The notes under the pieces were generated by a model. It was not told the origin of the DNA. It saw nothing but the letters and a program-made list of their open reading frames with translations, and did not search any database. Shown piece after piece: positions 31,138-42,875 of a stretch of DNA of 64,000 bases. This DNA comes from Porphyridium purpureum (Eukaryota). How positions within the stretch are numbered: the stretch's first letter is position 1; each line of letters begins with the position of its first letter. Both the position numbers and the translations under genes were made by a program. The stretch is from positions 124,001-188,000 of the forward strand of contig VRMN01000002.1 of the NCBI GenBank assembly GCA_008690995.1. The letters run 5' to 3'.

Positions 31138-33231
31138 CTACAGCGTCAAAGTATCCTTGGGCGCAAGGTCACGCAAGATCGACACGCTGCGCTTCGGAAC
31201 GGGAGCGCCGCCAAGCGCCATAGCCTCGAGCTCGAAGCGCTGCTGAATCTCGGAAGTCTCGATTTGCTTAAAGCGGGAAAACACTTCCGTGCCAACGAGC
31301 TCGGCAACGTCAATGGGGCGCGATGACGCCGAATTGCGCTCCACAAAGGCATGGAGTGCGCGCGATACACGGAGAATCCATCCTCGGTATGGTACAGCAT
31401 TGGCCTGCGTCGCTGACTGCGCTTTGGACCACAGATCCACCACGTTAGAGATGAGATTAACGTCTTTCAACCACACGATCTTCAGAGAGTCGTTCGGCCC
31501 GTTCAGGCTCGCCTCGATGCACATCGCGATGAGATTATGCAGCATGTTGTTTGTACTGTGCTTCAGAAACAGTTCAAAAAGCACCTGTGGCGTGCGCTGA
31601 GCCACGAGCGTAGCGACTGTCTCCGACGTCTGAAAGGCGAACAAATAGATAAGCATCTCGATGATTTTGAGCTTGACGGTCCCCAAAGGTGTGTCCACCG
31701 GAATGTGTGTCTCCGCTTGGCGCGGGTGATGATCTTGCGCGAGCACGCGCGTGAGCGGACCGATGCGAAGCGCAAGCTCGTTCTCAAACGGGTCCAAGTC
31801 TACGCGCTGAATCGCCTTGCGCACCAACGACGACGAGGACTTGTAGCCGGCGTGAAAGGCAAACAAAGTGTCGTTCATCGCATTCACCACACAACGTAGT
31901 GCGCGGCGCAGCGGGTCTGCTTGAGCTGCCTCAAGGGCAGCGTCCAGCATGCGCATGAGCGGTCTTGGCTTGACAAAAAAATTCAATTCGTCGATTGCCT
32001 GGTTGAGCTTGCGGATGACGACACGGTCAAAATTGCAGTTGTCCCGACCAAACGGCGAAGTGGTCATGGCGCGCATGGTAATGGCGCTCAGACAACGGGG
32101 CGCGTTTTCCAGAAGCGACACCTGCATGTACTGCTCATGTTCTGACGCAACAGCTGAGCCGGCCGGAGGCTGCGCATGCGTCTGCTGGGCGACTCCAATG
32201 AATGTGTCCGCTACAATTTCCATCACGCGCGAGTCGAGCAGGAAGGGCATTCCTTCAATATTTGGTGGACCAAACTTGAGCGTCGACAGGCTGTCCGGCT
32301 GACTCGTTGAGAAAATCTGGGGCAGAAGCTCAGCGACGGGTACAGAGTGCAGCTTGAGCACAAGCGTCTGCACGAACGTCCGCCGCTTCTGCATAACCTT
32401 GACCGTCTCGTGCGGATTGTCGTTCATGAGCGCGAAAATCACGCGAGACACGCGCACGGTGCCCACCGGATCGAGCTCACCGTCTGTTTCAAAGTACTTG
32501 AAAAGCAGTTCAACCAACTGCGGACTGAGCGACAGGGCGCGCCGCACCTGGTACGGCCCGGACGACAACACCACAGACGAGACGTACGCACTGCGCTCCT
32601 CGTACCGTATATCGTCCCTCATCACGTTACCTGACACGTCCGAGCGCCGCGGCCGCGAGCCGAATGGCGGGGCAGTGAGCAGCTTGACCATCACCTTGAG
32701 GTTCTCCTGCCGTGATAAATACTTGAACAGTGCAACGTAGGTCTCACCCGCCAGATTCTCCTCTAATAAAAACATGGCCTCGAGAAGTGCCACGACCGAC
32801 ACGGTTCCATTTTTGGCTCCGTTCAGAATTTCTTTGAACTTGCGCCCGTCCACGTCATTTGGAAGATCGTCCAAGCAATACGACGCGCGCGAGACCATTG
32901 CAACACCGTCTGAGGGCTCGGCACCGCCGCCCACACTCATACGACCCATCAGCGGCCTAGAATCGCCCGTGCTCTCCCGGCTTGATCGCGCCAGCCCAGC
33001 GATCGCATCGATCGCGTCGCCAGACTGCAGCCGCACTTTGCGAAAAAGCTTCCCAATTCCCTTCTTCTGCTGCTGCGAAGTCTGGCCCTGAGTCACCTGT
33101 GCACTTGCAAGCGCTGAGTCCACGCCCACGGATGGGCGCGAAGCCGAGTCCATGCGGTCCGCATCGCTGCCCACGTCCACCGTAAGTTGAGGGTTATTGC
33201 TTGCCTTTGACGCGCGACCAAACGCTTTCAT
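31138..33231 (-). CDS. SAPS-domain (SIT4-associated / PP6 regulatory subunit-like) protein
   Basis: LFKYLS..NLKVMVKLL, PLGTVKLKIIEMLIYL, LFELFLKHSTNNMLHNLI, YRGWILRVS. Confidence 0.8.
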   Translation of the reverse strand: MKAFGRASKASNNPQLTVDVGSDADRMDSASRPSVGVDSALASAQVTQGQTSQQQKKGIGKLFRKVRLQSGDAIDAIAGLARSSRESTGDSRPLMGRMSVGGGAEPSDGVAMVSRASYCLDDLPNDVDGRKFKEILNGAKNGTVSVVALLEAMFLLEENLAGETYVALFKYLSRQENLKVMVKLLTAPPFGSRPRRSDVSGNVMRDDIRYEERSAYVSSVVLSSGPYQVRRALSLSPQLVELLFKYFETDGELDPVGTVRVSRVIFALMNDNPHETVKVMQKRRTFVQTLVLKLHSVPVAELLPQIFSTSQPDSLSTLKFGPPNIEGMPFLLDSRVMEIVADTFIGVAQQTHAQPPAGSAVASEHEQYMQVSLLENAPRCLSAITMRAMTTSPFGRDNCNFDRVVIRKLNQAIDELNFFVKPRPLMRMLDAALEAAQADPLRRALRCVVNAMNDTLFAFHAGYKSSSSLVRKAIQRVDLDPFENELALRIGPLTRVLAQDHHPRQAETHIPVDTPLGTVKLKIIEMLIYLFAFQTSETVATLVAQRTPQVLFELFLKHSTNNMLHNLIAMCIEASLNGPNDSLKIVWLKDVNLISNVVDLWSKAQSATQANAVPYRGWILRVSRALHAFVERNSASSRPIDVAELVGTEVFSRFKQIETSEIQQRFELEAMALGGAPVPKRSVSILRDLAPKDTLTL

Positions 33232-34125
33232 GGCATGCGGAGCAACGCAGAGGGTGAGGCACTATCCAGATGACCCTCCAGCATCAGTTGCCAACTGCAG
33301 GTCGAATCGCCGCCAAGCCCGACGCGACTGCTGCTACGTGTCACCACCGCAATGGCACACTTTTCCGCGCACTCGCCTCACCCCAGATTTCGTCCGACTC
33401 ACGCGCGTGCTCGTGCCACACACAGACACCAACAGAACCCACCCACCTGAATACAATGGACCTGCACCGCGTGCTTCGCCGAGTGACGCCAACGATCTAT
33501 CCACAACCACCCCACACAAGCCGCCGCACAGAACTTCGTGACCCCTTCCCCTCCACTCCCCTCTTCTCGTCCGTAGCGCCCGATCCCAACCGCCAGGGAG
33601 ACGCGCGGGGGGCCGCCCAGTCACGTGTTCCCCGTGCTCCACACCGCGCTTCGCCCAACCCAGACAGACACAAACCCAAGAACCCCCCCGCCTTCTTCGC
33701 CTTCGCCTTTTAAAGTCACGCCCACTCCGACTCGACGCGGTGCGGCGTTTCTTGGGTTTCGCCTAAGCACGCGGTGCCGGAATCGGAACGATCGAGCACG
33801 CGTCTATCAGAATGCAGCGTTTTTACCAGCACGCCGTTTTTTAACGTGTGTGCGGCACCATCCAGACGTTAAAAAATGCATTGCTGTGATCACCCGCACT
33901 GTACACTATCAACCAAAAAAGAAGCAGCGCCGACTGTACTCGCGCGACAATCTGCCATGAAGAACTGATTGGGCGCGGGGGTGCGGTTTTGTATTAGCAA
34001 AGCGGTTCTTTGATATGAGCCGCTAGTTGGTGCCGAGGGAGGGTAAAGAGGCAAGGGTGTGTGCTGGATGGAGAGGGAACGGGAGAGGGAGGCGAGTGAG
34101 AGGTGCTGGACGGAGCTCAGCACAG

Positions 34126-34992
34126 ATGGACGCCGTGGTAAGGAGGTATAAGCGGTGGGCGCTGCACGGGTGCAGCTCGACGCGCGCGCCGTTCCAGGTG
34201 CCGGCGCAGGTCGACTATTACGATGATACATCTGGCGAGGCGCATTTTGGCACGTACCCCGTGCTGCCAAGTCAAGGGGATGTGCACACGCCCATGCTGC
34301 CGCGCAGGTGGGCGCAGGAGTTTCCGTACCAGCATCGTGCGCAGCAGGAGCCTGAACAACAGCAAGACGCCGCCGCCGCATTGCATGACGCGCTCGCCTT
34401 CTTGGAAGAGGAAATGCCGCTGCAGCTGTTTGGCGGTCGGCGCCATGACGACGCCGACGGCGACGCGTCCTTCCTGCCTGGCTTGCCCGGTGCGCTCTTT
34501 CAGCACTTTGGACATTGGTTGGGGGTGGCAGACGTCTGGAGTCGAGCGCTGGACAGTGACGCGCGTGCTGAGCGCGCGTATGGCTCAGACGAGCTCGACG
34601 CGGCAGCTCCGCACCACGGAATGCGCGCGTTCGCGCACTCGTCGTCGTTTTCGCGCAGAACAGATCGCGACGGAAACGTGGTAGAGGAGCGCACCGTGAG
34701 GCACCCAGACGGCCACGTCGAGTCGTCCCGTCGAGTCATTGACCCGAGCGGCGCCGTTCTCGAAGATTCAGCCGGCGGGTCTGGCGGCGGCGTCATGCCG
34801 GACACTGCGTTCCCGCACGGCCCTTCCGCATCCTTCTTTGACATGTTTGCTGCGGAAGCAGTGCCTTCCCTTGATGTGGCTCGCAACGGGCGCAGTGACG
34901 CGGTGGGCGAGCTCGGGTACGGACCAAGCAGCGCGGTCATGCGCTGGACGCAGCGTCTGCGCGAGCTTTTTGGCGGGCGGGCGTCCGACTGA
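34126..34992 (+). CDS. Hypothetical protein with HAX1-like motif
   Basis: 288 aa, low-complexity and F/D-rich; HSSSFSRRTDRDGNVVEERTVRHPDGHVESSRRV resembles the conserved HAX-1 C-terminal segment. Confidence 0.55.
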   Translation: MDAVVRRYKRWALHGCSSTRAPFQVPAQVDYYDDTSGEAHFGTYPVLPSQGDVHTPMLPRRWAQEFPYQHRAQQEPEQQQDAAAALHDALAFLEEEMPLQLFGGRRHDDADGDASFLPGLPGALFQHFGHWLGVADVWSRALDSDARAERAYGSDELDAAAPHHGMRAFAHSSSFSRRTDRDGNVVEERTVRHPDGHVESSRRVIDPSGAVLEDSAGGSGGGVMPDTAFPHGPSASFFDMFAAEAVPSLDVARNGRSDAVGELGYGPSSAVMRWTQRLRELFGGRASD

Positions 34993-35918
34993 GGCGCCAC
35001 GCACTCCAGTCAGACCGCATATTATCATTGACACCATGATCTCAATGGACGCATTGCACTCGCATGTGACCGTGTAGCTCGACGCCCTGGCGCGAGACGT
35101 ACCCACTAATTTCCGCACTCATTGCTCATTCCATGTACCTATTCAGAAAGTGAACAAACTGCAAAGAGGAAAACAGCTCGAAGCAAGGTACGCAGCACGC
35201 GCTGTGCCATCGCTCTTCGCGCTGCGCCGTAAACAGAACAGCCACACCGCGGCCTCCCGCGCGACACGCTCCCGTTCTCGCGCACGCATGGACGCACAAA
35301 GACACACACAAACACAAACAGCAGCAGCAGCCGTTCCGGCTGTACCCTATTCACGTGCACTGTACCTCCCCCGAGCTGTGTCCGGCTGCGCTCGTCCCAC
35401 GAGCACCGCAGCGCGCCGCTCTGGTGCTGTCACAGCCGGTGCAACAAGCGCGGTACGTGTGTCGGGATTGGTTGCGGTGCGCTGTTGACTCATTGTGTTC
35501 TGTGGCTTGTTGTTGTTGGCGACGACGACGACGACGACCGCCACCACCTCCACCACCGCCCGTCTTCGCGCGCGCGCGCGCACTCTATTGTATCGTCTCC
35601 GCCTCGGCGTCGCGCACGCTGCTCTTTCGACACATGCGCAAGTTGCAGTGAGCGCATGCGACGTGGCGTTCGTGTTCTGGTACACCAGCTGCACGCGCTC
35701 TGCGGAATTGCACGCGCGAAGAGGCGCGCGCACGCGAGGGGGTTTGGATTGAGGGGCGTGAGGCGGCGTCCGTGGGATGCTGCATGCCGCAACGGAGCGC
35801 CGTAATTTGCGTTGATTCAGCAGCCACGTGTGCTTGGGTTACGGACGCGGTGCGTTTTGGTGCGGCTGCGTCGCTCGTGCGTACACATCTTGTGACTTTG
35901 AGACGTGCGTGAGAAACA

Positions 35919-38900
35919 ATGGTGGCAAACACAACGGCCTCCGCGTTGGACGCCCCGAGCTCAGTGCAGAAGCAGCAACAGCAGCAAACACAATCGAACG
36001 GGAGCGCAACCACCGCGCACAAGGACACCGACCAGACATGGCTCAGGAAGTTGTTCCAAGACGCTGTACAGCAACAGCAGCGCTCTGGAATTACAGAGGG
36101 CGAGACCTACTACGCAATGCCTGTGCTTGCTGCTCAGCGGCTCGGCGCGCGACTGGGCGACCATTCGTTGCTCTTTCGCTCTCCTTTTGGTGCGCCTGAT
36201 CCGGTTGCGTCGATTTGCTCAGACGCCGACCACGTGGAGGCACATGATGACCACTCGTACAGAGAGGTTGGCGCGAGCAGAAGCGGGGACCTTATTCATA
36301 ACAAGGGCAACAACAGCAGTAGCATCAGCAGTGATACTGCCGTGATGAGAGCGCACAAAGTCGATGTATCGGGCCTGCTAGACGAGCACGGCTTTCTGAA
36401 GCATTCCGCGCAAGAGAACGTTGATTTCTGTCTCGTGGGTCAGGCCGTGTGGCAGCTGATTGTTCGGCACATTGAAATTGCGGATGCGCATGAGATCCCG
36501 TGCCCGGTCTTCCGGATGGGCAAGGAGCTTCGCATCGAAACGCACTGTCGGTCCATCACGTTCGAGCTTGGCTCTGGCGGTAAATCTTGCACAGTGCATG
36601 GCGTCCGACGGTTGGATAGAGTCGGCGACGTGGTGAAGCGTGCATGTGAACAGCTTGGAGAGCCGTACAATCTTTCGGACATGGCGCTGGAGTATGAAGA
36701 CGGAAGCACCCCAGACGACTCCTGGCCATCGTCGTTAGTGTGGGAGCTTGATTTGTTTCATACACAAACGCTTCGACTGACTGCTTCTCGATCGCAAGGT
36801 GGAGTCGACGCCAAGGCCGAATCTGCGCGTGGGGCGGATGGGACGTTGCCTGGGCCACAGCTCTCGTCCGCGACCGCGATACAAGACAAGAGTCTGGCAT
36901 CGTCTCCTGGGCCAAAAGTGCCGGCACCGCCACCACCTCCGCCACCGCCGCCGCGTGCACCTGTTCAATGTGGTAACGGTGCGTCGCCAGAGGGGCCAAA
37001 GGTAATCATCCCTCCGCCACCTCCTCCACCGGTGCAGCCAGCGGCTTCAAAAGATGGGGACGTGCCAGTGCCGCTGTTACCAGCACCGCCTTTGTCGTTT
37101 GACGATGATGGTGATGAGACGCCGTCGCACGTCGGTACGCTGTCCGCCGAGGAGCGGATGGAGGAGACTGTCGCGCTAGATACGCTGTCAGCGGATGCTG
37201 GGCTTGTTGGACTCACCAATCTGGGGAATACGTGCTTTATGAATTCGTCTCTGCAGTGTCTTTCCAACACAGAGCTGTTGAGCGCATACTTCTTGACGAA
37301 CAAATTTCAGCTCGACTTGAACGCGAGCAACCCACTGGGCATGGGTGGCGAGCTCGCGATCGAGTACAATAAGCTGTTGCGGCGGATGTGGTTGCGTTCC
37401 GCTGAGACCGGAACAAGCAGATTTGGTCGCAGCAGCTATAGTGATGCGGTGGCACCGCGTGCGTTCAAGGCCAAGATTAGCCACTGGGCGCCTCAGTTTG
37501 TAGGCTATTATCAACACGACTCGCAGGAATTACTGGCGTTCCTTCTCGACGGTCTGCATGAGGATTTGAACCGAGTGCAGCACAAGCCGCTCACAGAGCC
37601 AATCGAGGCGCAGGAGGGCGAGAATGAGTGTGAACGCGCGGCCGAAGCCTGGCGCCGCCACAAGCTGAGGCACGACTCTGTCATCGTTGATCACTTTCAG
37701 GGACAGTACAAGTCGCGCGTGGTGTGCCCGACCTGCCGCAAAGTGTCCATCACTTTTGACCCCTTCATGTACCTCACCGTACCTATTCCGGACCGCGAGA
37801 AGCGGTCGGTTACTGTCCTACTCACTCGCCTGCCGGGCCCATCGTCCAACACTATCATGGCGTCGGACATGGCGTCAGACGAGGACGAGAACGCTGATTA
37901 TTATTCTGAACGCGAGCAAAGCACAGCAGCGCGACCTATCAAATTTGGTGTGCTTGTCCGAAAGCGCGGTAGTCTGCGCGATGTGCGCCTAGAGCTTGCC
38001 CGCCTCAGCGGTGTACGTGCCGACCATCTTGTCTTTGCGCGCTGCGCACTGCAGCGCCTCCAGGGGCTGCCGCTTCCGGATGAGCTCCCTCTTGATGAGA
38101 TTCGCGATATGCGTATCTCCTTGGTTGCCTACGAGCTGCAGCATCTGCTCCGCGATGCCGACAGCGCCAGCGGCAGCGATAATAGCTGTAACAGTAGCGG
38201 CGGCGATACTCGAGCACCATCAAACAGTGGGCGCGTGCTGCGAAGCGCATCGAAGGCCGCATCAACTTCTCCAAGTTCTGGGACTCATGCGGACCCGGTG
38301 TTGATCGAGATATTACAGCGTGTACATGATTCGAGCATTGACGAATCGCACACGAGCATTGCGCATCCACAAGTTTTCTCTGTACCTCGCGAGCAACTAA
38401 CCGGAACGACACTTTACGCATACGTGCGCGCCCGTGTGTCAAGGTACTTTGATTGGAAACAGTTCCAGCTGCAGAATCGGCGCGGGGATGCTGGTACGGG
38501 CGATGCGTCTGCTACGAACACGTCACGTAGTACCTGCACCTCCTCTCTGGATACCGAGGGGTCCGAGAGCAAGGCGCCGCGCATTTCGCGTGGTACGCGC
38601 TCGCGGTCCAAATGCAGCAAGCCCAGCGGCGGTGAAACGGAAACGTCTGACCTGGCGGTCCATCATTTTGCAGAGCAAACGCAAGGTGATTACACCGAGC
38701 AGCAATGCGGTCTCTTCCCCTTTGTGCTCCGCTTTGAATACAAGCGCGTCAGCGATGCCCGCGCAAGTCATGACGATCACAAAGTCGACAAAGATGAAGA
38801 CGAAGATGCGCAAGTCCAAGACGCAGAAACTGGAGGTACTGGTGACAACCACGCCAAGATGATAGGGGTTTCGTCTCCGGTCATTGGACCCCAGCAGCAG

Positions 38901-39722
38901 CAGGAGCAGCAACAGCAGCAGCAACAGCAGCAGCAACAGCAGCAGCAACAGCAGCAGCAACAGCACGGGCTCTATTCCACGACCATAGATCTGTCGAACG
39001 GAGCAAACAAGGCGATTGCATTGCCGGCTTCTGTCCGGTCCGCGACCCTGATCGTCGAATGGAAGGCCGGGAGAACATTTGAAGCGTGCTTTCAGCGTGA
39101 TGAATGCGCGACCAATGCGCACGATGTGGACGAGTCCGCCTCATCCCTCTCGTCGGCCGTGCCGCACGACCGAGTAACATTGTATGAGTGCATGGAGTAC
39201 TGGGCCGAGAAGGAAATACTATCTGCAGAGAACGCGTGGTATTGCCCGACGTGCAAAGAGCATAAGCGCGCGGAAAAGAGTCTGCAGCTGTGGAGCGCGC
39301 CAGACATTCTTATTGTACATCTGAAGCGATTTTTCTACTCGACATGGAGCCGTCAGAAGATGAGTACGTTTGTCGAGTTCCCCACCCACGGCTTTGATAT
39401 TTCGAGCTTTGTAGGTGCCGCCGCCTCGAAGAGCGTACGCGCGCAGCAGTCGTGCGTGTATGACCTGTTCGCGGTCAGCAATCACTTTGGTGGGCTTGGA
39501 GGTGGCCACTACACGGCTGCCGCGCAGTCGCCATGGAAATGCCAATCGGGCCTTCCGGCGTCTACGGATGTGAATGCGCGAACGCCCGAGGGGGCGGAAT
39601 CAGAGCTCAAGGGCTGGTACACTTTTGATGACTCGCACGTCGCGCCCGTGAGCGGGCTTGCGGATGTGGTTTCTTCAGCGGCATACGTCCTGTTTTACAG
39701 AAGGAGGGCGGCCGAATCTTAG
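35919..39722 (+). CDS. Ubiquitin-specific protease (USP4/11/15-Ubp12-like)
   Basis: Cys box GLTNLGNTCFMNSSLQCL, QHDSQELLAFLLDGLHEDLNRV, WYCPTCKEH, His box YDLFAVSNHFGGLGGGHYTA, WYTFDDSHV, AYVLFYRRR. Contains polyP tracts and a polyQ tract. Confidence 0.95.
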   Translation: MVANTTASALDAPSSVQKQQQQQTQSNGSATTAHKDTDQTWLRKLFQDAVQQQQRSGITEGETYYAMPVLAAQRLGARLGDHSLLFRSPFGAPDPVASICSDADHVEAHDDHSYREVGASRSGDLIHNKGNNSSSISSDTAVMRAHKVDVSGLLDEHGFLKHSAQENVDFCLVGQAVWQLIVRHIEIADAHEIPCPVFRMGKELRIETHCRSITFELGSGGKSCTVHGVRRLDRVGDVVKRACEQLGEPYNLSDMALEYEDGSTPDDSWPSSLVWELDLFHTQTLRLTASRSQGGVDAKAESARGADGTLPGPQLSSATAIQDKSLASSPGPKVPAPPPPPPPPPRAPVQCGNGASPEGPKVIIPPPPPPPVQPAASKDGDVPVPLLPAPPLSFDDDGDETPSHVGTLSAEERMEETVALDTLSADAGLVGLTNLGNTCFMNSSLQCLSNTELLSAYFLTNKFQLDLNASNPLGMGGELAIEYNKLLRRMWLRSAETGTSRFGRSSYSDAVAPRAFKAKISHWAPQFVGYYQHDSQELLAFLLDGLHEDLNRVQHKPLTEPIEAQEGENECERAAEAWRRHKLRHDSVIVDHFQGQYKSRVVCPTCRKVSITFDPFMYLTVPIPDREKRSVTVLLTRLPGPSSNTIMASDMASDEDENADYYSEREQSTAARPIKFGVLVRKRGSLRDVRLELARLSGVRADHLVFARCALQRLQGLPLPDELPLDEIRDMRISLVAYELQHLLRDADSASGSDNSCNSSGGDTRAPSNSGRVLRSASKAASTSPSSGTHADPVLIEILQRVHDSSIDESHTSIAHPQVFSVPREQLTGTTLYAYVRARVSRYFDWKQFQLQNRRGDAGTGDASATNTSRSTCTSSLDTEGSESKAPRISRGTRSRSKCSKPSGGETETSDLAVHHFAEQTQGDYTEQQCGLFPFVLRFEYKRVSDARASHDDHKVDKDEDEDAQVQDAETGGTGDNHAKMIGVSSPVIGPQQQQEQQQQQQQQQQQQQQQQQQQHGLYSTTIDLSNGANKAIALPASVRSATLIVEWKAGRTFEACFQRDECATNAHDVDESASSLSSAVPHDRVTLYECMEYWAEKEILSAENAWYCPTCKEHKRAEKSLQLWSAPDILIVHLKRFFYSTWSRQKMSTFVEFPTHGFDISSFVGAAASKSVRAQQSCVYDLFAVSNHFGGLGGGHYTAAAQSPWKCQSGLPASTDVNARTPEGAESELKGWYTFDDSHVAPVSGLADVVSSAAYVLFYRRRAAES

Positions 39723-39955
39723 CTCGACGTTTTCAGGTCGGCATGTACTAGTGCCGCCTCGATCCTGTGTGGATATGGAGAAGCGAGGCTAAGAAGTGAG
39801 AATTGGTTTCGCATGGCCCTGTCGATGCACTATTTATCTGGCCACCTCTCTACGCCCTAAAGCAAAACAGAAGGAAAAATATGGTGGTAAACGAACGCGC
39901 AACTACCCAACATCGATTGGAAAAGAAAATTGTGGGTTTTTTTTCTGTGCGCCGT

Positions 39956-41053
39956 CTACTTGCTCGTCAGCGCTCGGACACATGCGCGCAGGGTGGTGCT
40001 CGTGAGGCCGTGCTCTACAGCCCTCTTCATAAATTCGTCACGCTTCTCGGTGTTGCCTGTGAAGGCATCATGGTACAGACCCAGGTAGAAAGTCACTGCA
40101 GGTGTAAACATGTTGTCTTTGAGGTCAACAATCTCATGCTCCAGGCTCTTCAACAAGGCGGCTGCCCGCTTTGAATCGGAGGGCTCACGGAAAAGCTCCA
40201 GTACCTCGCACAGGCCGTCCGGTGCGCACTGCAGCTCTGCTTCACTGAGAGCTTGCTGCGGTACCGAGCTGGGTCCGCGCAGCTTGGCCAGGATGGCGAG
40301 CTCCCACAGCCCAAATTCGCTATTGAGCTCATCTGACACGCCGTCCAAGGCTACCACATTGATGCGCAAGCTCTCGCGCGCGGCTTGCAGGCGGCCTGCA
40401 AGATACAAAGTGATCGCGCGTTGCAATGCGTACGGCTGGCCCACCCACTTGGGTACAAATTCGCCCAACTTTTCCTCAAACCAGTACATTACGTGCATGC
40501 TATTCCCGAGCGCCTCTGCGCGCACCGTGTTCGCACGCTCGAAATCCTTGATTGCGCTAGGCAGGTTGCCGAGGACGAGCTGGCAGGATGCGCGGCGCTC
40601 GTAAAGATTCGGAATGTGTTCCATTCCATTCCTCTCAGCGAGCTCATAGTTTTTGATAGCCTGCTCGAGCTCGGCGTGCTTTTCGTACACACAGCCGCGA
40701 AGGAAGGCGACAAAGGGGTCGGACGGGTTATGCGCCTTGTCTGCGAGCTTGCGCTGTATCAGCTGGAGATCACTGTCCAGCGACGCGCCATACTCGGCCA
40801 CGCTTGGCGGGCCGATGCGCACGGCGTCATCAAAGCAGGGCTCGACGGACGCAAACTCCTTATTAGCGTCAAAACTGCCGACCCTACCTGACGCCGCGGC
40901 GGCCTCTTGCTGCTGCTGCTGCTGCTGCATGCAGAGCTGCCTGGCGGCGCGTGTGCGCGCGGGTGTAGAAACACGCAGCTGCGCAGACCGCACCGCCAGC
41001 ACCGCTGCCGCGCGCGGACGCAGCGCGCCAGCCGCAGTTCCGACAAACGCCAT
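39956..41053 (-). CDS. Plastid-targeted TPR (NlpI-like) protein
   Basis: MAFVG transit peptide; TPR repeats FLRGCVYEK..AIKNYE and LYERRAS..AIKDFERA; ALQRAITLYLAGR; FYLGLYHDA. Confidence 0.75.
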   Translation of the reverse strand: MAFVGTAAGALRPRAAAVLAVRSAQLRVSTPARTRAARQLCMQQQQQQQEAAAASGRVGSFDANKEFASVEPCFDDAVRIGPPSVAEYGASLDSDLQLIQRKLADKAHNPSDPFVAFLRGCVYEKHAELEQAIKNYELAERNGMEHIPNLYERRASCQLVLGNLPSAIKDFERANTVRAEALGNSMHVMYWFEEKLGEFVPKWVGQPYALQRAITLYLAGRLQAARESLRINVVALDGVSDELNSEFGLWELAILAKLRGPSSVPQQALSEAELQCAPDGLCEVLELFREPSDSKRAAALLKSLEHEIVDLKDNMFTPAVTFYLGLYHDAFTGNTEKRDEFMKRAVEHGLTSTTLRACVRALTSK

Positions 41054-41988
41054 TGCGCCGGCCTTACCTGTGATCTTTCTCTCTCTCTCGCTCTGTGTCA
41101 CTCGAACCTACTGGAGGCCAGTTCCACCCAAGCCACAGTCTCAGTCTTTCTCTCTCTTTCTCTTTTCGCCTCCACACCTGATATCAGCGCAGCCGCAGCA
41201 GCGTCTGAAATATCGCGCGGCAGATTCTTGTTTCCGCGTGTAACCCGCCGCACCGAACCCACATGATCGAGCACGATCTGCGCCGGTCTACTAAATCCAC
41301 AGCGATTTACCACGCACAGCTGGAAGGCAATCGTGTGTGCTCGCGCCGTTACCGAACTGTACATCTACCGAGCGCGCTCACGCTGTACCTCTGCGATGCG
41401 GTTCGCGCCGTCGAGCAGCGCGGCATGAACAGGCCGTCCAGCCGCACGGGCGCGACATGCTAGCAACTCGCCACTCGGTCCAGCGGCAGGTCGCATATCC
41501 CTCAAGCTTGATTGGTTACTTCAGAGTGTAGGCTTCCAACATGACGCCATCAACGCACCCGCGCCTCCTTGGCAGCACGCTGCCCAGCCAGTCGGGCACT
41601 GCATCTCTGGCAAGCAAGCGCCATGAGCACTGCGCATAGTCTGCACGCCTCGCAAAGAATTCATGGTTCTTCCAGTGTGGCTTGTGCTCGTCCTCTGGTA
41701 AATCGCACTTATTCTCTCGCGCCGAACTGACGACTACAGCAGTGCTGCAGCGTGCCGCGTCAATCGTTCACGTGCAAAGTGCGCGCAAACTGCTTGATGC
41801 ACAACACTTCAAGTTCGGGAGCTGCAAACGTGGTTCTACTTGTCGCCTCTGGCTTCCGCCGCCGGTTCTGTTTTCCATTTCGGTATGTTTCGCGGCGCGG
41901 GTCGCAAAATTCCAGACCGCCACTCTGGCGCTCCAGTCGCCTTGCGCGCTCTCGACATAAGGACCTCTAGTGCGCCACGACCACGTGG

Positions 41989-42218
41989 TGTTGGTTCCAT
42001 TGAACTCCTGAGGAGAATCCCGGGGCACTCCCCAGTCTAGCCTGCTCTAAACACATATCTCTCTCGCATGCCGCTCTGCAACTGCCGCGGTTGAAGGACT
42101 TTATCTGCTGCCATCGCTACCTTCTGACCAGAAAACCGGTCAGCCACTCTCCACCCCAAACCTCGACACACGCACGAGTCTAACGCAGCAACGCTCACGT
42201 GCGCTCATCCCGCTTTCC

Positions 42219-42249
<31 letters not shown>

Positions 42250-42286
42250 CCGTCTGTCTCGTACACCAGCGTCAGTTCATCCAACA
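41989..42286. mobile_element. Solo LTR (298 bp)
   Basis: Starts TGTTGG and ends CCAACA (6-bp inverted termini); flanked by CGTGG (41984-41988) and CGTCG (42287-42291), a 5-bp TSD with one mismatch; internal (CA)n tract. Confidence 0.7.
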
Positions 42287-42875
42287 CGTCGACATCCAGT
42301 TCCTTATCGGTTCCTTATCGGTTCGGTTTATGTGACGGTTAGGTGTCGACGTGGCGAATCGTCCTCGCTAGTAGAAACCATGACGACCGAGGTACAGTTG
42401 GCGGCTTTCTATTAAGGCGGGGGTTTTTTCATAGAGAAATCTGTGAGCCGGACCGGGAGCGAGCAGGCGGGACAGGCGGGACAGGCGGAACAAGTGGTGG
42501 CGGCGGCGCGGGCTGGAAGGTACGCGTAGCGGCTGCTGCGTGCGTGGCGATCTCGCGGACGCCGTGCGGACAACCCGCCCCTTGCGCGCGCGATAAAATG
42601 GGCGCCACGGATGCGATTCGGCACGGCCTGGGTGGGAGTGTGAGCGCGAAGGTTTGTGCGTATGTCGATTCGTGGTCGTCCGCGCGTCGTGGTGGAGGAC
42701 GGGTTCAAGAACCGACCGCATGCTGTTGTGCGGGAGTTGGGTGAGCTGCGTCAGTGTGGAGCGAGATAGAGTCCGAGTGTAGAGGCAAGAGAGGCCGCGC
42801 AGCAGGAACGGTGGCGTACGGAGTGGCGCCGACGACCAAGCGCGCGCGGGGCGCCAACGACTGGCTTTCTGCGCA

